55,213 bases of DNA. Source: a virus. Lineage: Duplodnaviria > Caudoviricetes. Positions 1 to 9,742 of the stretch are shown here, one piece after another; position 1 is the first letter of the stretch; each line of letters opens with the position of its first letter. Below the pieces are notes generated by a model that was not told the DNA's origin, searched no databases, and was given only the letters and a program-made list of their open reading frames with translations. Where the stretch lies: IMG/VR virus record IMGVR_UViG_3300025117_000079, positions 1 to 55,213 of that record; one strand, given 5' to 3'. A program made the translations under genes and the position numbers.

Positions 1-188
1 CCCATAAGTAGAATAAATTCACCAGTATAGGCTGTATATCTTCTTTTGTAAGAATGCTCATTTATTTTCTTAGCTACTTCTTTTATATCCTTTGCCATTA
101 AGATATTAGGCAAAGACCATGCAACATCTTTTGATATTTTACCGAACATGGATATATCTACTTTTGATTTTCGATCTTTAAGATCCAT
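1..188 (-). CDS. partial CDS running off the window edge (MDLKDRKSKV...LPNILMAKD...FILLMG); possibly deoxyhypusine-synthase-like family
   Basis: Hand translation. The ATG overlaps the end of the VWA gene and the frame is open to base 1. Family call is from recalled motifs only. Confidence 0.55.
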   Translation of the reverse strand, partial: MDLKDRKSKVDISMFGKISKDVAWSLPNILMAKDIKEVAKKINEHSYKRRYTAYTGEFILLM

Positions 189-1296
189 TTTGAGTTCCCA
201 TTATTACTTTATCTCCAAAAGGAATTTTAATAGACGATGATTCGTTAGTTGTCAACCATAAAACTGGATAGCTTGGTTTCTTTATTTTAAGATCAGCATA
301 CAAATCTGTGAAATATACAAGTCCTGCTATTTTCTTAGAGTTCTTTTCTACCCATTCAAATACAGGAGAGAATCTAGTTCCTCCACCACCTGGAATAGAA
401 TTGATTTTTATTTGCTCGTGTTTTTGGAATGTAAGAACTTCCTGAATATCATAATCACAAAAGATAACTATACATTTAAACTGAACCATTCTCTTTAAAG
501 CATTTAGTTCTGAAAAGAACTGATTCAATAATTCAGGATACACACTTCCAGAAACATCTATTCCTACAACTATTGTACCATAATCTACCCCATCAAGTGA
601 TGGAAAATAAAACTGTCTAATCCTTCTATTTCTTTTTAACCAGTTATAATTTGTTTTTGCTTTTTCAGTAATCCATCGAGCGATATGGCGTTTCCAAGGT
701 ACAGTCGGTTTTATAATATCAAATAATTGTCTTTCAAGCAATCCTTTTCCATCTCCTGCTAATTTTCCTAAAGAACTAGCTTGAGCTATCAATTCTTTTA
801 CTCTAGCAGTTTCTTCTGATTTGGAAGTTCCTGCTGGAGCATCTTCTACTCCACCGATATCTCCTTTAAAAGAACCGCTACCTTGATTTTTGGGTGGATC
901 TGGAAGTTTATTATACACTGATTCTACGGACATGTTTATATATTCTTCAGAATACAACATATCTGGAATAGACTCTAGTTTCATTTCTTTTATTAGAATA
1001 AGATTTACTACATAATCTGCCGCTATATTGTATTTTGTATTTTCCCTATTTTCTCTTCTAATATGGTGAGCCAGCATTATATGTAGAAATTCATGAGCTA
1101 AAACAGTTAGAGTTTGTTTTCTAGTAAGTTTATCAATAAAATCTGAATTATATTTAATCCAATATCCATTTGTACAAGCTGTAGGTATGGATTTGTCTTC
1201 TTCTATTTTGGTTGATAATAGAATTGGTATCAGCATTTGGTAATCTGATACAATTCTATTTCTAGCTACTTTGATTTTTAGTTCAGCAGATTCCAT
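178..1296 (-). CDS. DUF2201-type metallopeptidase plus C-terminal VWA domain
   Basis: TACTNG...LAHEFLH (HExxH), NIAADYVVN, MIDAS motif IDVSGS, GGGTRF, YFTD. Confidence 0.85.
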   Translation of the reverse strand: MESAELKIKVARNRIVSDYQMLIPILLSTKIEEDKSIPTACTNGYWIKYNSDFIDKLTRKQTLTVLAHEFLHIMLAHHIRRENRENTKYNIAADYVVNLILIKEMKLESIPDMLYSEEYINMSVESVYNKLPDPPKNQGSGSFKGDIGGVEDAPAGTSKSEETARVKELIAQASSLGKLAGDGKGLLERQLFDIIKPTVPWKRHIARWITEKAKTNYNWLKRNRRIRQFYFPSLDGVDYGTIVVGIDVSGSVYPELLNQFFSELNALKRMVQFKCIVIFCDYDIQEVLTFQKHEQIKINSIPGGGGTRFSPVFEWVEKNSKKIAGLVYFTDLYADLKIKKPSYPVLWLTTNESSSIKIPFGDKVIMGTQNGS

Positions 1297-1306
1297 AATT
1301 ACCTCA

Positions 1307-2176
1307 TTAAGAGAACAATCCTGAAATATTGTTTAGAATATCATCTGCTTTTTTGATAGCATCTTCTCTCTCATTTTTGTTTTCTTTCAAGGTTTCAATA
1401 TCAAATCCTGCAAGTTCGGACTCCATTTGTTGTCTCAACATTTCAATTTTTGGATCATCTGTGATGTTAAGAAAGGGTAAAATTTGTACCAACTCTCTTA
1501 CATTTTCGACGATTGTCTTATGCAATCGTGGTGACTTATCTCCAACTTCTTTCAATTTTGTGTACTCATCAAGTCTAGTTTTCATATGAGAAATGGAATC
1601 TACTATACGATTTAGAACGTCTTGCATAGCCAAATTTGTCTTCTCATTATGATAATCTTCTACCTCTTTTACTAATTTTTCTTTCAATTCTGCTTCAGCT
1701 TCTACTCTCAAATCTCCACTTGTTGCTATTGGTTCATACTTAATATCAAACCCAAATGAGTTTCTTACTTCATCAAATTCTGGATATTTTACGTTTCCCA
1801 ATATTCCAAGAGATGTTTTCATGGAAAGAGTCAAATCTTGATACTTAGATTCTAGAGAGTCTAATGCTGTTACTTGCTCATCTCTAATAATTTTCAATCC
1901 AGTTTCAAAAATATCAATAAGCGAGATATTAAGTAATCTCCATCCACCATCACGCCAAGGCAAAGTAAACTTACAAACAAAAGGTCTAATAGCATTAGTA
2001 GATTTATCAAGTGCAGCGGTATACTCTTTAAGAAGAGTTTCCTTTTTCATTTTAATTGCTTTTTGATTTACTCCAAATGTAGACGCAAACATTTCTTCCG
2101 CTATATGATCTCTTTCCTCAAAAGGAAACTTATGAACTACAACTCTTACTAGAATTCCTTTATTAAGTAAGCTCAT
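1307..2176 (-). CDS. DUF3150-like helical protein, usual partner of MoxR/VWA pairs
   Basis: TLPW.DGG.RLL, YP...EVR..F and LNIT.DP motifs; gene context. Confidence 0.6.
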   Translation of the reverse strand: MSLLNKGILVRVVVHKFPFEERDHIAEEMFASTFGVNQKAIKMKKETLLKEYTAALDKSTNAIRPFVCKFTLPWRDGGWRLLNISLIDIFETGLKIIRDEQVTALDSLESKYQDLTLSMKTSLGILGNVKYPEFDEVRNSFGFDIKYEPIATSGDLRVEAEAELKEKLVKEVEDYHNEKTNLAMQDVLNRIVDSISHMKTRLDEYTKLKEVGDKSPRLHKTIVENVRELVQILPFLNITDDPKIEMLRQQMESELAGFDIETLKENKNEREDAIKKADDILNNISGLFS

Positions 2177-2187
2177 TTTATTTCTCC

Positions 2188-2553
2188 TTATTTGTCGTCT
2201 AAAATCATTATTTCATTAGCTACTATCACTTGCATTTTATCTTGTATTCCTTTAGCAAGAACTCGTCTAAATTTTACTTTATAAACTTTACAATTATTTA
2301 AAAATGTATCTACAATATATTGAGCATCTTTTTTATGTTTAAAAATATGAAATCCAGATTGGTATGTTCCATCTCCATAGATAGTTTGTAGATATTCTAT
2401 TCCACAAAAAGAAGAATTTTTTATCCATATATTAGTTTTTAAATTTTTATTAGTGTAATAGTGTTCAAATTTTATTTTTTCTGTTTCTACATTAAAATAT
2501 TTATATCCCTCATATCTATGAATTTTAAATTTTTTTAGATAATCCAAACACAT
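2188..2553 (-). CDS. MCLD-family hypothetical protein (paralog 1)
   Basis: RBS AAGGAG before MCLD; GYK, GFHIF and AKGIQ motifs shared with 15305 and 15942. Confidence 0.75.
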   Translation of the reverse strand: MCLDYLKKFKIHRYEGYKYFNVETEKIKFEHYYTNKNLKTNIWIKNSSFCGIEYLQTIYGDGTYQSGFHIFKHKKDAQYIVDTFLNNCKVYKVKFRRVLAKGIQDKMQVIVANEIMILDDK

Positions 2554-2567
2554 TTTATTTCTCCTTA

Positions 2568-2840
2568 TTATTTGAAGGTTGCAATCCAACAAATATGATC
2601 TCTGTCAGCCCAATCATAAAGTCTACTCATTACATCATCAAAATTATATTTATCTGCTTCTTCGTCTTCTGAAAAAGAAATCAATTCATCTACTTCATCC
2701 ATTGGATAGTACTTTTCTTTTATTTTTAAATTTTCTAGTCTATTTGCTGTTTCTTTTGCCAATTCCTGAACTGTAATCTCATCATCTTTTGCTTGTTGCC
2801 AAATATCTTTAATATCTAAAGTATATTTCCAGTTTGCCAT
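2568..2840 (-). CDS. hypothetical phage protein
   Basis: ORF with RBS; C-terminal LYDWAD motif. Confidence 0.75.
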   Translation of the reverse strand: MANWKYTLDIKDIWQQAKDDEITVQELAKETANRLENLKIKEKYYPMDEVDELISFSEDEEADKYNFDDVMSRLYDWADRDHICWIATFK

Positions 2841-2855
2841 TTTTATTTCTCCTTT

Positions 2856-3032
2856 TTAAGTAGGCCATCCATTTTTAGTTGCATCTGAAAACATCTTCTC
2901 AAGTCTTTTACAGTCTTCTTCTGGAAGTCCTGTATGGTATTGAATATCATACCAAGCAGAATTTCCGTCTATTGCCTCTAAAAAAGCCAACATCCATTCT
3001 TTTGCAGAATAACCAAACAATTTTTCTTCCAT
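2856..3032 (-). CDS. 58-aa hypothetical protein (MEEKLFGYSAKEW...)
   Basis: Hand translation; same AAGGAGAAATAAAA RBS as its neighbours; fills the gap. Confidence 0.7.
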   Translation of the reverse strand: MEEKLFGYSAKEWMLAFLEAIDGNSAWYDIQYHTGLPEEDCKRLEKMFSDATKNGWPT

Positions 3033-3043
3033 TTTATTTCTCC

Positions 3044-3853
3044 TTAAAATAAGATACTACCTGGATGATCCCAAGAAGTGTAAAGATGCCCATCTTGATT
3101 ATAAATCAAACTTCTAATATCATTTGTATGGTTAGAGCTTTGAATACAATAATCAGATAACAAAATACTCATATTCTTATATCCAACCAAACGACTTCCA
3201 TCTACAGTTTCTCTGATAAATTGAAACTTCATACATTCTTTAAGAATAAAATCATAGTTAGCTGTTCCATCATTTTCTATAATATATTCTTCCGTTTTAT
3301 CTGCTTTATTACTACTTACTATGTTTTTTGGTATAGACACTTTTCTAAATATCACTTGTCTGACATTAAGACGTTCACACAAATCTAATACTTTTTTAAT
3401 TGGTTTAAGTGGAAACTTAGAAGTAACATTTAAGCATAGTCTTACTAACATTTTATATTGAGGTATATTTTCAATAAGATTTATCATTGATTGATCAAAT
3501 TCACTATCTATAGATATAGCTATGATATTTACTCCTTCTCTATAAAGAACTGGTAGAAAATCTTCATATCTTTGAGCAAGTAAAAGTCCATTAGTTTGTA
3601 TTTCTACTGGAAATGAATTAAACTTTTGTATTAGTCCTATCATTTCATAGAAGTTAAGAAATGGTTCACCTTTACCAGTAAAGAGTATACTGCTAACTTC
3701 TGCTACTTCTGCTATTTTTGCTACTTTTTTTGCATTTCTTACCATTAGTTGATAATTAGATTCTGGTTCAAAAGTCATTTTACTAATACAATATTTACAA
3801 TTTTTATCACAACCTCTATTTGGGACACAAATAGTAAGATTATTTGCTCTCAT
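3044..3853 (-). CDS. radical SAM protein
   Basis: CDKNCKYC (CxxxCxxC), TGKGEP, QTNG, ISID. Confidence 0.9.
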   Translation of the reverse strand: MRANNLTICVPNRGCDKNCKYCISKMTFEPESNYQLMVRNAKKVAKIAEVAEVSSILFTGKGEPFLNFYEMIGLIQKFNSFPVEIQTNGLLLAQRYEDFLPVLYREGVNIIAISIDSEFDQSMINLIENIPQYKMLVRLCLNVTSKFPLKPIKKVLDLCERLNVRQVIFRKVSIPKNIVSSNKADKTEEYIIENDGTANYDFILKECMKFQFIRETVDGSRLVGYKNMSILLSDYCIQSSNHTNDIRSLIYNQDGHLYTSWDHPGSILF

Positions 3854-3862
3854 TATATCCCT

Positions 3863-4876
3863 CTACATTGCAAGATTTTTAGCATTTGCATTAAGCCAGT
3901 CTCTCCATTCTGGAATAGAAAGAAGTTCACCACCCATTGTCTTTCTAACAGAAAGGAAATAGAAAAACTGGAACTCTTCTCTAAGTTTATGAATATATTT
4001 AATAATATTATTAGCAGTTTCTTTTTTGGTTTTAGCTATTAGCGTACAAACAAGAGTGTAAATAATATCCGTTGCAGTCGGAACTTCTACAGAATCTGGA
4101 TTTTTAATAATAGCATCTACTGATGGAATCTTAATTGCGAGTTTAATAAAAGAATTTAGCAAAGTACCTACTGGTACTCCAACAACTCCCTGAATGATTT
4201 CTTTAAATACAAATGAAAAATGATCTTGAGTGTTGTAAAGCAATCTAGAAACAAACTCATATGTTCTAGGAGTAGCCTGATTTTTATAAATCAAATCAGG
4301 TCTAGTTTTAATCCAAGCAATGATTATAGGATGAAATTTAGATTTCAAGAAATAATCTGTATAGTCATCACAATCTATTTCAGCAGTTTTAGGAGTGCAT
4401 TCTGTAAAATCGGGAGTAGAACAAGCAACCCCTACGTGAGACATTCTAGTAATAAGAGGTGCAGGAATAGGATTAGACATTGCAAAATCTTCTGGTCTAT
4501 TTCCAGCACCCATAATATACCATTCTTTTGGTACTTTATGACCTTTTACTTCATTCTTTAAAATCAAATGGTAGAGAGCTTTTTGCAATAATAATTCTGA
4601 ATCTGGCAATTCGTCTATTAGAAGAATTCCTTTTCCACTATCTGGCAAAAGAGCTGGACGTTTAAAAACAGTTTTATCTCCAGAAATATCAGGCAATCCC
4701 AAAATATCAGATGGATCAATAAGAGGTGCTTCAATTACTTCAAATCCAATATTCATTTCTTTTGCTATTTGTTCTGGTCCTTCAGATTTTCCAACTCCAC
4801 CAGGACCCCATGCCATAAGAGGAACTCCTGCATTCATACAAATCTTTATGGCTTCTTTATATTGAGAAATGTTCAT
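3863..4876 (-). CDS. MoxR-like AAA+ ATPase
   Basis: Walker A GPGGVGKS, Walker B LLIDE, AGNR, TPR. Confidence 0.9.
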   Translation of the reverse strand: MNISQYKEAIKICMNAGVPLMAWGPGGVGKSEGPEQIAKEMNIGFEVIEAPLIDPSDILGLPDISGDKTVFKRPALLPDSGKGILLIDELPDSELLLQKALYHLILKNEVKGHKVPKEWYIMGAGNRPEDFAMSNPIPAPLITRMSHVGVACSTPDFTECTPKTAEIDCDDYTDYFLKSKFHPIIIAWIKTRPDLIYKNQATPRTYEFVSRLLYNTQDHFSFVFKEIIQGVVGVPVGTLLNSFIKLAIKIPSVDAIIKNPDSVEVPTATDIIYTLVCTLIAKTKKETANNIIKYIHKLREEFQFFYFLSVRKTMGGELLSIPEWRDWLNANAKNLAM

Positions 4877-4877
4877 A

Positions 4878-5264
4878 TCACTCTCTTTTGTTTACATATT
4901 CGTAAGGAAAATCTTTATCTTCCCAACCACAAACAAAAGATATTCCGTATTCCAGGACTGGAAAATTTGATCTCATTATTGTATCATACATTTCTATTGC
5001 TTTATTCATTGCTTCTTCTCTTGTTTTAAAAACATCTGCTTTTCCAAAATATCTAGCAATTTCTCTTGGATTTAGTTTATTTTTTGATTTTCCTTTTCCT
5101 TTATATGGGTTTTTAACTCCATTTTCTTCTTGTTCTTTTACATATTTCTCATCATAAAGTCTTTCATCGTTCCACCACCAATTAAGATTATCAATTGCTG
5201 ATGCTTCAGTGACCCTAAATCCATCTTTTGCTTGAAGAATATAAATTCCATTATCTGCACTCAT
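4878..5264 (-). CDS. hypothetical phage protein (MSADNGIYIL...LEYGI)
   Basis: ORF with RBS within the operon. Confidence 0.75.
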   Translation of the reverse strand: MSADNGIYILQAKDGFRVTEASAIDNLNWWWNDERLYDEKYVKEQEENGVKNPYKGKGKSKNKLNPREIARYFGKADVFKTREEAMNKAIEMYDTIMRSNFPVLEYGISFVCGWEDKDFPYEYVNKRE

Positions 5265-5276
5265 AGTTTTCTCCTT

Positions 5277-6254
5277 TTAATTCTCATACAAAAGGTTTAT
5301 AACTTTGAAACTTGCTCGTTTCGGGCCAACAAAGGATTCTATTAGTGGACGAATAACAATTCCTTCTCCATTATTACCATTAGGATATTTAATCTCTGCC
5401 CATTTTCTAATTTCTTCTTCAGTAATATCAGTTGGAAGTTTAAATCCATAATTTAAAATAGTGACGGTAGGAATATCAAAGTCCGCTGCTAGTGAAAAAG
5501 CATCATCCACATTCATATATTTTTGTTCTTCAATATCCCAAACATTGTAGAGAAAAGGAGTTAGTTCTTTTAATCCAAGTCTGTTTCCTTGTATTCCAGG
5601 ACCAGCCAATTCAAATTGAAGAGCAATGTTATAATCTTTTAGTTGTCTTTCTAAATCATATCTGACTGCTATCTGCCACAACTTATTATTTTCTGTATTT
5701 TTCTTTTCTAGTGTTCTAGAACAAACCCCAAAATGGTCTTTATAATTATAGATTGTTAGTGACATACCGTCTACCTTAACTGTAGAATAAAACTCCTTTC
5801 CTCTCATAAAATCTACAATTTCTGGTACAGTTTGGAAGTTTGGTTCATCTGTTTTAGGAATAAAAGAAGGAAAAGATCCAAGATTTTGTCCTTCAAATCC
5901 TGCTGGTACTGGTTTAGAGTATTTAGTAACATTCATTAATTCCGTAATATCATCTCCAATATTACCAACAATAGTTAAAGGCATTACTAATGCTTCAGAT
6001 GGAGCATTTCTAAGTCTTTGCATTCTGATTCTGTAATTATGTTTTTCTAGAAACAAAAACTTATCTATTGTAGGTAGAATGCTATCCTGCAAATAGACTT
6101 CACAAACTGATCCAATTTCAAATGTTCCTTTTTGTGCTACAGCTCTCCATTTTCCACCCTTGCCACAAACTACTGTTAGGCTTTCTATTTTATCAGCATT
6201 TTCTATTGGAGAAATATCTACTACTTTTCCTACATAAGCTAATCCTGTAGTCAT
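5277..6254 (-). CDS. RNA ligase, Rnl2/DRB0094-like, with N-terminal OB domain
   Basis: PIENADKIE, FPSFIPKTDE, motif I KVDGMS, ELAGPGIQGN, EGIVIR, SFKVIN. Confidence 0.9.
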   Translation of the reverse strand: MTTGLAYVGKVVDISPIENADKIESLTVVCGKGGKWRAVAQKGTFEIGSVCEVYLQDSILPTIDKFLFLEKHNYRIRMQRLRNAPSEALVMPLTIVGNIGDDITELMNVTKYSKPVPAGFEGQNLGSFPSFIPKTDEPNFQTVPEIVDFMRGKEFYSTVKVDGMSLTIYNYKDHFGVCSRTLEKKNTENNKLWQIAVRYDLERQLKDYNIALQFELAGPGIQGNRLGLKELTPFLYNVWDIEEQKYMNVDDAFSLAADFDIPTVTILNYGFKLPTDITEEEIRKWAEIKYPNGNNGEGIVIRPLIESFVGPKRASFKVINLLYEN

Positions 6255-6257
6255 ATT

Positions 6258-6449
6258 TTATTTCCTTTTGTGTAAAAAATTATAAAGATTTAATACTTGT
6301 TCTGTTCTTCTAAAATTACCACAACTGCATTTAATAAAAGGATTAGAAACCAAGTGATTTGATTTTTTCTTACATATTTTACATTTTATTTTTATAATAT
6401 TTCCTTGAGGAGTATGCCAAACAGCAATTGGAATAATTTTCCAAGACAT
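6258..6449 (-). CDS. small Zn-ribbon protein
   Basis: CKIC...CSC. Confidence 0.6.
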   Translation of the reverse strand: MSWKIIPIAVWHTPQGNIIKIKCKICKKKSNHLVSNPFIKCSCGNFRRTEQVLNLYNFLHKRK

Positions 6450-6452
6450 GTT

Positions 6453-6788
6453 TTACTCCTTACAATCCCAATCAAGTAATCTTTCCATTTCGTTTATTTC
6501 TGCATCACAAAATCCTTCAGGCCAATCAGAAATTCTTCCGTTTTTATCTGGTTTTAGTATTCTATTCTCAAACAAAAATTCTATATCTTTTGGATCAATT
6601 TCTCCTTTATGAATCGCTGCTCTAACTGCATGTATTGGTAAAGATGTAGAAACTTGAAAATTTAAGTGTAGATTTTTATCTTTGCATACTACTAATAAAT
6701 TTTTTACTCCATATTCTCCATACAACCAATCTTTATAATTGAAATCAGAAATTGGTTCTCCATCTGCACAATATTCTATTGTTATCAT
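6453..6788 (-). CDS. hypothetical protein (DUF3696-like C-terminus)
   Basis: D.NGRI.DWPEGFCD motif; RBS. Confidence 0.65.
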   Translation of the reverse strand: MITIEYCADGEPISDFNYKDWLYGEYGVKNLLVVCKDKNLHLNFQVSTSLPIHAVRAAIHKGEIDPKDIEFLFENRILKPDKNGRISDWPEGFCDAEINEMERLLDWDCKE

Positions 6789-6807
6789 GTTTGATTCTCC
6801 TTACAAA

Positions 6808-6836
6808 TTGGACATTTTTTCATATCTAATGTCCAA
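6808..6836. promoter_or_regulatory. intergenic inverted repeat TTGGACATT-N11-AATGTCCAA
   Basis: Perfect 9-bp arms seen directly; function inferred. Confidence 0.4.
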
Positions 6837-6852
6837 ACTCTATTACATTTTT

Positions 6853-7224
6853 TTACACACCCACCCCAGTTCTTTTAGTATTTTGTGTGGTTCGCTTCTT
6901 TGGTTTTTTCTTTTTCTTATCTACTTTTTCCTCCATAATACAGGCAAAGTATGTTCTGCAATGTGGACATTGAGTTAAATTTTCATCAATTATCTTTGCA
7001 CAATTTTCACACACTACTGTATTTGTATTACCTAAACTTTCAACCAAATAGAGTAAACTTTGCATGAGAAGAAATCTCATAGCTGGATTTCCATTTGTAG
7101 ACCTAGTAAACATTCTGCCTAGTCTAATAACTTGATTATTAGAAAGTCCATCTATCATCTTCTTACTTTTTTTCATAGAAGCTGTTAAATGCTTTTCTAT
7201 TGCCATAGCAGCTCCTATTTCCAT
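6853..7224 (-). CDS. Zn-ribbon protein with basic tail (start uncertain)
   Basis: CENC...CPHC; the longer ORF call overlaps the helicase gene. Confidence 0.6.
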   Translation of the reverse strand: MEIGAAMAIEKHLTASMKKSKKMIDGLSNNQVIRLGRMFTRSTNGNPAMRFLLMQSLLYLVESLGNTNTVVCENCAKIIDENLTQCPHCRTYFACIMEEKVDKKKKKPKKRTTQNTKRTGVGV

Positions 7225-7247
7225 TTGAAGTAAATACTTATAACTTT

Positions 7248-8696
7248 CTATTGTAACATCTCCACTGCCTGTTTGTTGTCTATTAATATTTCCGATATCA
7301 ATTTCCGTTCCAAGTTGACTTGGAAAATCCTCTCGTCTATCGTTTTCTTGACCATTAAATCCTTGTATATGCATATTGACTCCTGTCCTATCCTATGAAT
7401 TCTATCTATTGCTTGATCCCTAACATCAAATTGCCACACATGTTCAAAAAATCGAGTATGTTGGAATTTTGCTTTTGATTCTAGTTTAAATAACTCAATT
7501 CCTATTCCACCAGACTCTTGTTGTCCAATAAATACTGGTATCTTCTTATTAGATTGATAATCTTTCCAGACTTTACCTTTATCTTTTGTTCCACCATGCA
7601 TTATTGCATGTTTGATATTCAGATTTTCTAGTTTATTAGAAATCATTTCAATTGATTTTCTAAATCTGCACCAAATTACTACAGACTCATCTGCATCCAC
7701 AACTAGTTCTGTATCTTCAATTAAGGCGTCCAATTTAGGGGTCTCCTTCAATTCTATTATTGGACCCCCTGTTTCCTCTATTAGAAATCCTGCTGTTACC
7801 TGCTGTAGCCTTATGAGCTTTGTAAGTACATTTAATAGATTACTCTTTGTTGAACCATCTTCTAATAATTTCTCAATAACTTTTTTCTTTACTCCGTCAT
7901 AAATCCTTTGAAGTGAATCGGACATTTCAACTCTAATAACATCAAATATCTTTTTAGGTAGGTCAATACATTCTTCTTTTCTTTTCCTAATACAGATTGT
8001 GAATATCTTTTTAGTCAAAACTTCAGCTTTATCCATCTTTAGAAGAAACTTATCATGTCCTGCTATTTCCTTCTTATTAAAAAAGTATCCTCTAAAGGCA
8101 AAGAAACTTCCACCAAACGTCTTTCCTAAATCTACAGCATAAAATTGTGACCAAACATCTAATGGATAATTAGATATTGGAGTACCAGTCAACATTATTC
8201 TATGTTTCACTGAACTAAGCTGAGAAATTTCAAATGAGGCTCTAGATCTATTAGAAAATGGATTCTTAATATATCTAGCAGACTCATCATAAATAATAAC
8301 ATTTATTCCTATTTCTGCCAATTGTGGTAGGAATAAAGGCAATCCCGCATAATTGATAATACCGAATTGAATATCTTCATTCTTAAACTTCTCGATTTGG
8401 TAGATTTTTTGATCTCTATTTCCTCCATGTAGAATAATAGATTTATACTCAGAGAACTTTTCTATCTGAGTTGTCCATCCATCGAAAATAGCAATAGGAC
8501 AAACTGTTAGGATTTTGGTTATTTCTTTATCCTTTTGCATTCGGTATCTTGAAATGTCGATTGCTATTTTTGTTTTTCCTAATCCCATATCATATAGCAA
8601 TCCAACATTATTATGCGTGATACCGAATGCAAGTCCTTCTAATTGATATTCTCTAGGAGGTGGACCTATAAACGTAAAATCTTTTGGAGCTTTCAT
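7248..8696 (-). CDS. SNF2-family helicase/ATPase
   Basis: DMGLGKT, DES, LTGTP, QAIDRIHRIGQ. Confidence 0.92.
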   Translation of the reverse strand: MKAPKDFTFIGPPPREYQLEGLAFGITHNNVGLLYDMGLGKTKIAIDISRYRMQKDKEITKILTVCPIAIFDGWTTQIEKFSEYKSIILHGGNRDQKIYQIEKFKNEDIQFGIINYAGLPLFLPQLAEIGINVIIYDESARYIKNPFSNRSRASFEISQLSSVKHRIMLTGTPISNYPLDVWSQFYAVDLGKTFGGSFFAFRGYFFNKKEIAGHDKFLLKMDKAEVLTKKIFTICIRKRKEECIDLPKKIFDVIRVEMSDSLQRIYDGVKKKVIEKLLEDGSTKSNLLNVLTKLIRLQQVTAGFLIEETGGPIIELKETPKLDALIEDTELVVDADESVVIWCRFRKSIEMISNKLENLNIKHAIMHGGTKDKGKVWKDYQSNKKIPVFIGQQESGGIGIELFKLESKAKFQHTRFFEHVWQFDVRDQAIDRIHRIGQESICIYKDLMVKKTIDERIFQVNLERKLISEILIDNKQAVEMLQ

Positions 8697-8727
8697 TCAA
8701 TAGAGGTTTCCTTTCAGTTACAGGTTA

Positions 8728-8907
8728 TTAATAAGCTAGATAGTGTGCTGATTTCTTTCCATTGACTACATTATTGATTACTTCGTCTATTTCTTCTTTG
8801 TGAGTTTTAATAAATTCTTTCAAGGATTGTCTTGATTCTCTTTGCCAATTATACAATCCTTCATCATTTAGAATCCAAAGTCTTCTTTCCTCATTATTGA
8901 TTTTCAT
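8728..8907 (-). CDS. 59-aa phage protein (WILNDEGLY motif)
   Basis: Hand translation; ATGA coupling to the upstream gene. Confidence 0.7.
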   Translation of the reverse strand: MKINNEERRLWILNDEGLYNWQRESRQSLKEFIKTHKEEIDEVINNVVNGKKSAHYLAY

Positions 8908-9128
8908 ATAATCCTTTCTTTCTTTTTTATCTCCATAGCAACTTTAGTTCTTTCATATGTACAAATAATAGATACTACTTGTGTGCCAATATATTCCATA
9001 TCAATAGTAGAAAACCCATTTTTAACCCATTTTTTAATAATAGGATCTAAAGTTTTATATAATTCTTCATCAAATGCTCCACCTTCGTCATTATATGACT
9101 CGTATTTTTCATTTATCAGGCGTTTCAT
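8904..9128 (-). CDS. hypothetical protein
   Basis: ORF with RBS. Confidence 0.7.
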   Translation of the reverse strand: MKRLINEKYESYNDEGGAFDEELYKTLDPIIKKWVKNGFSTIDMEYIGTQVVSIICTYERTKVAMEIKKKERII

Positions 9129-9139
9129 TTTATTACCTC

Positions 9140-9475
9140 TTATTTTATAATCATGTTTTTACCAATACAGATTTGACTTCTAGTTTTACCTGCAAGAAAC
9201 TTGCCATTTATTCTCTCAGGCATTACCCAAAGTCTATTATCTCCAATATCCTGTTCTACTTTACCTGAAAGTATATCATTTGATTGATATGAAAGTCTGA
9301 ATTTGATATTATCGTTTCTACAATATTGTTCCTCTTCTTTCATAACTACATGAAGATTAGAATTTGTTTTCTTCAAATAGTCATTAATTCTCTCAGCGTC
9401 ATCTTTTGATTTCTTTAGAAACGCTTTTACTCTTTTACCATCTACATTGTAACCATAGACTGCGTGCTTTTTCAT
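9140..9475 (-). CDS. hypothetical protein
   Basis: ORF coupled to the upstream gene. Confidence 0.65.
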   Translation of the reverse strand: MKKHAVYGYNVDGKRVKAFLKKSKDDAERINDYLKKTNSNLHVVMKEEEQYCRNDNIKFRLSYQSNDILSGKVEQDIGDNRLWVMPERINGKFLAGKTRSQICIGKNMIIK

Positions 9476-9741
9476 TGTTTTGTTCCTCCTAATGAGATTA
9501 AATAGTCGATTCCAGTATAAACTCCTTTGGTCCCATAATACTGAATATTAGAATTAGCTAAAAGTGTTCTTCCAAAATCATTCATTGTCATTTCTGGAGA
9601 TATATAAATGTGTCTATTAATACAATTAATCAGTTTAAAATGTTTAGTTTTCATTAATGGTAAAAGTATTGTACCATCTACTAATTTAATAGCATACAAT
9701 ACTTTTCCTGGAGTTTCCTTTAATATTCTTATTTTTTTCAT
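9472..9741 (-). CDS. hypothetical protein (likely start MKKIRIL)
   Basis: Start shortened to avoid overlap with the peptidase gene. Confidence 0.55.
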   Translation of the reverse strand: MKKIRILKETPGKVLYAIKLVDGTILLPLMKTKHFKLINCINRHIYISPEMTMNDFGRTLLANSNIQYYGTKGVYTGIDYLISLGGTKQ

Positions 9742-9742
9742 A

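Noticed and set aside
3044-3853. Radical SAM as a viperin or QueE
   Set aside because: Only generic radical SAM motifs are visible and there are no queuosine-pathway neighbours
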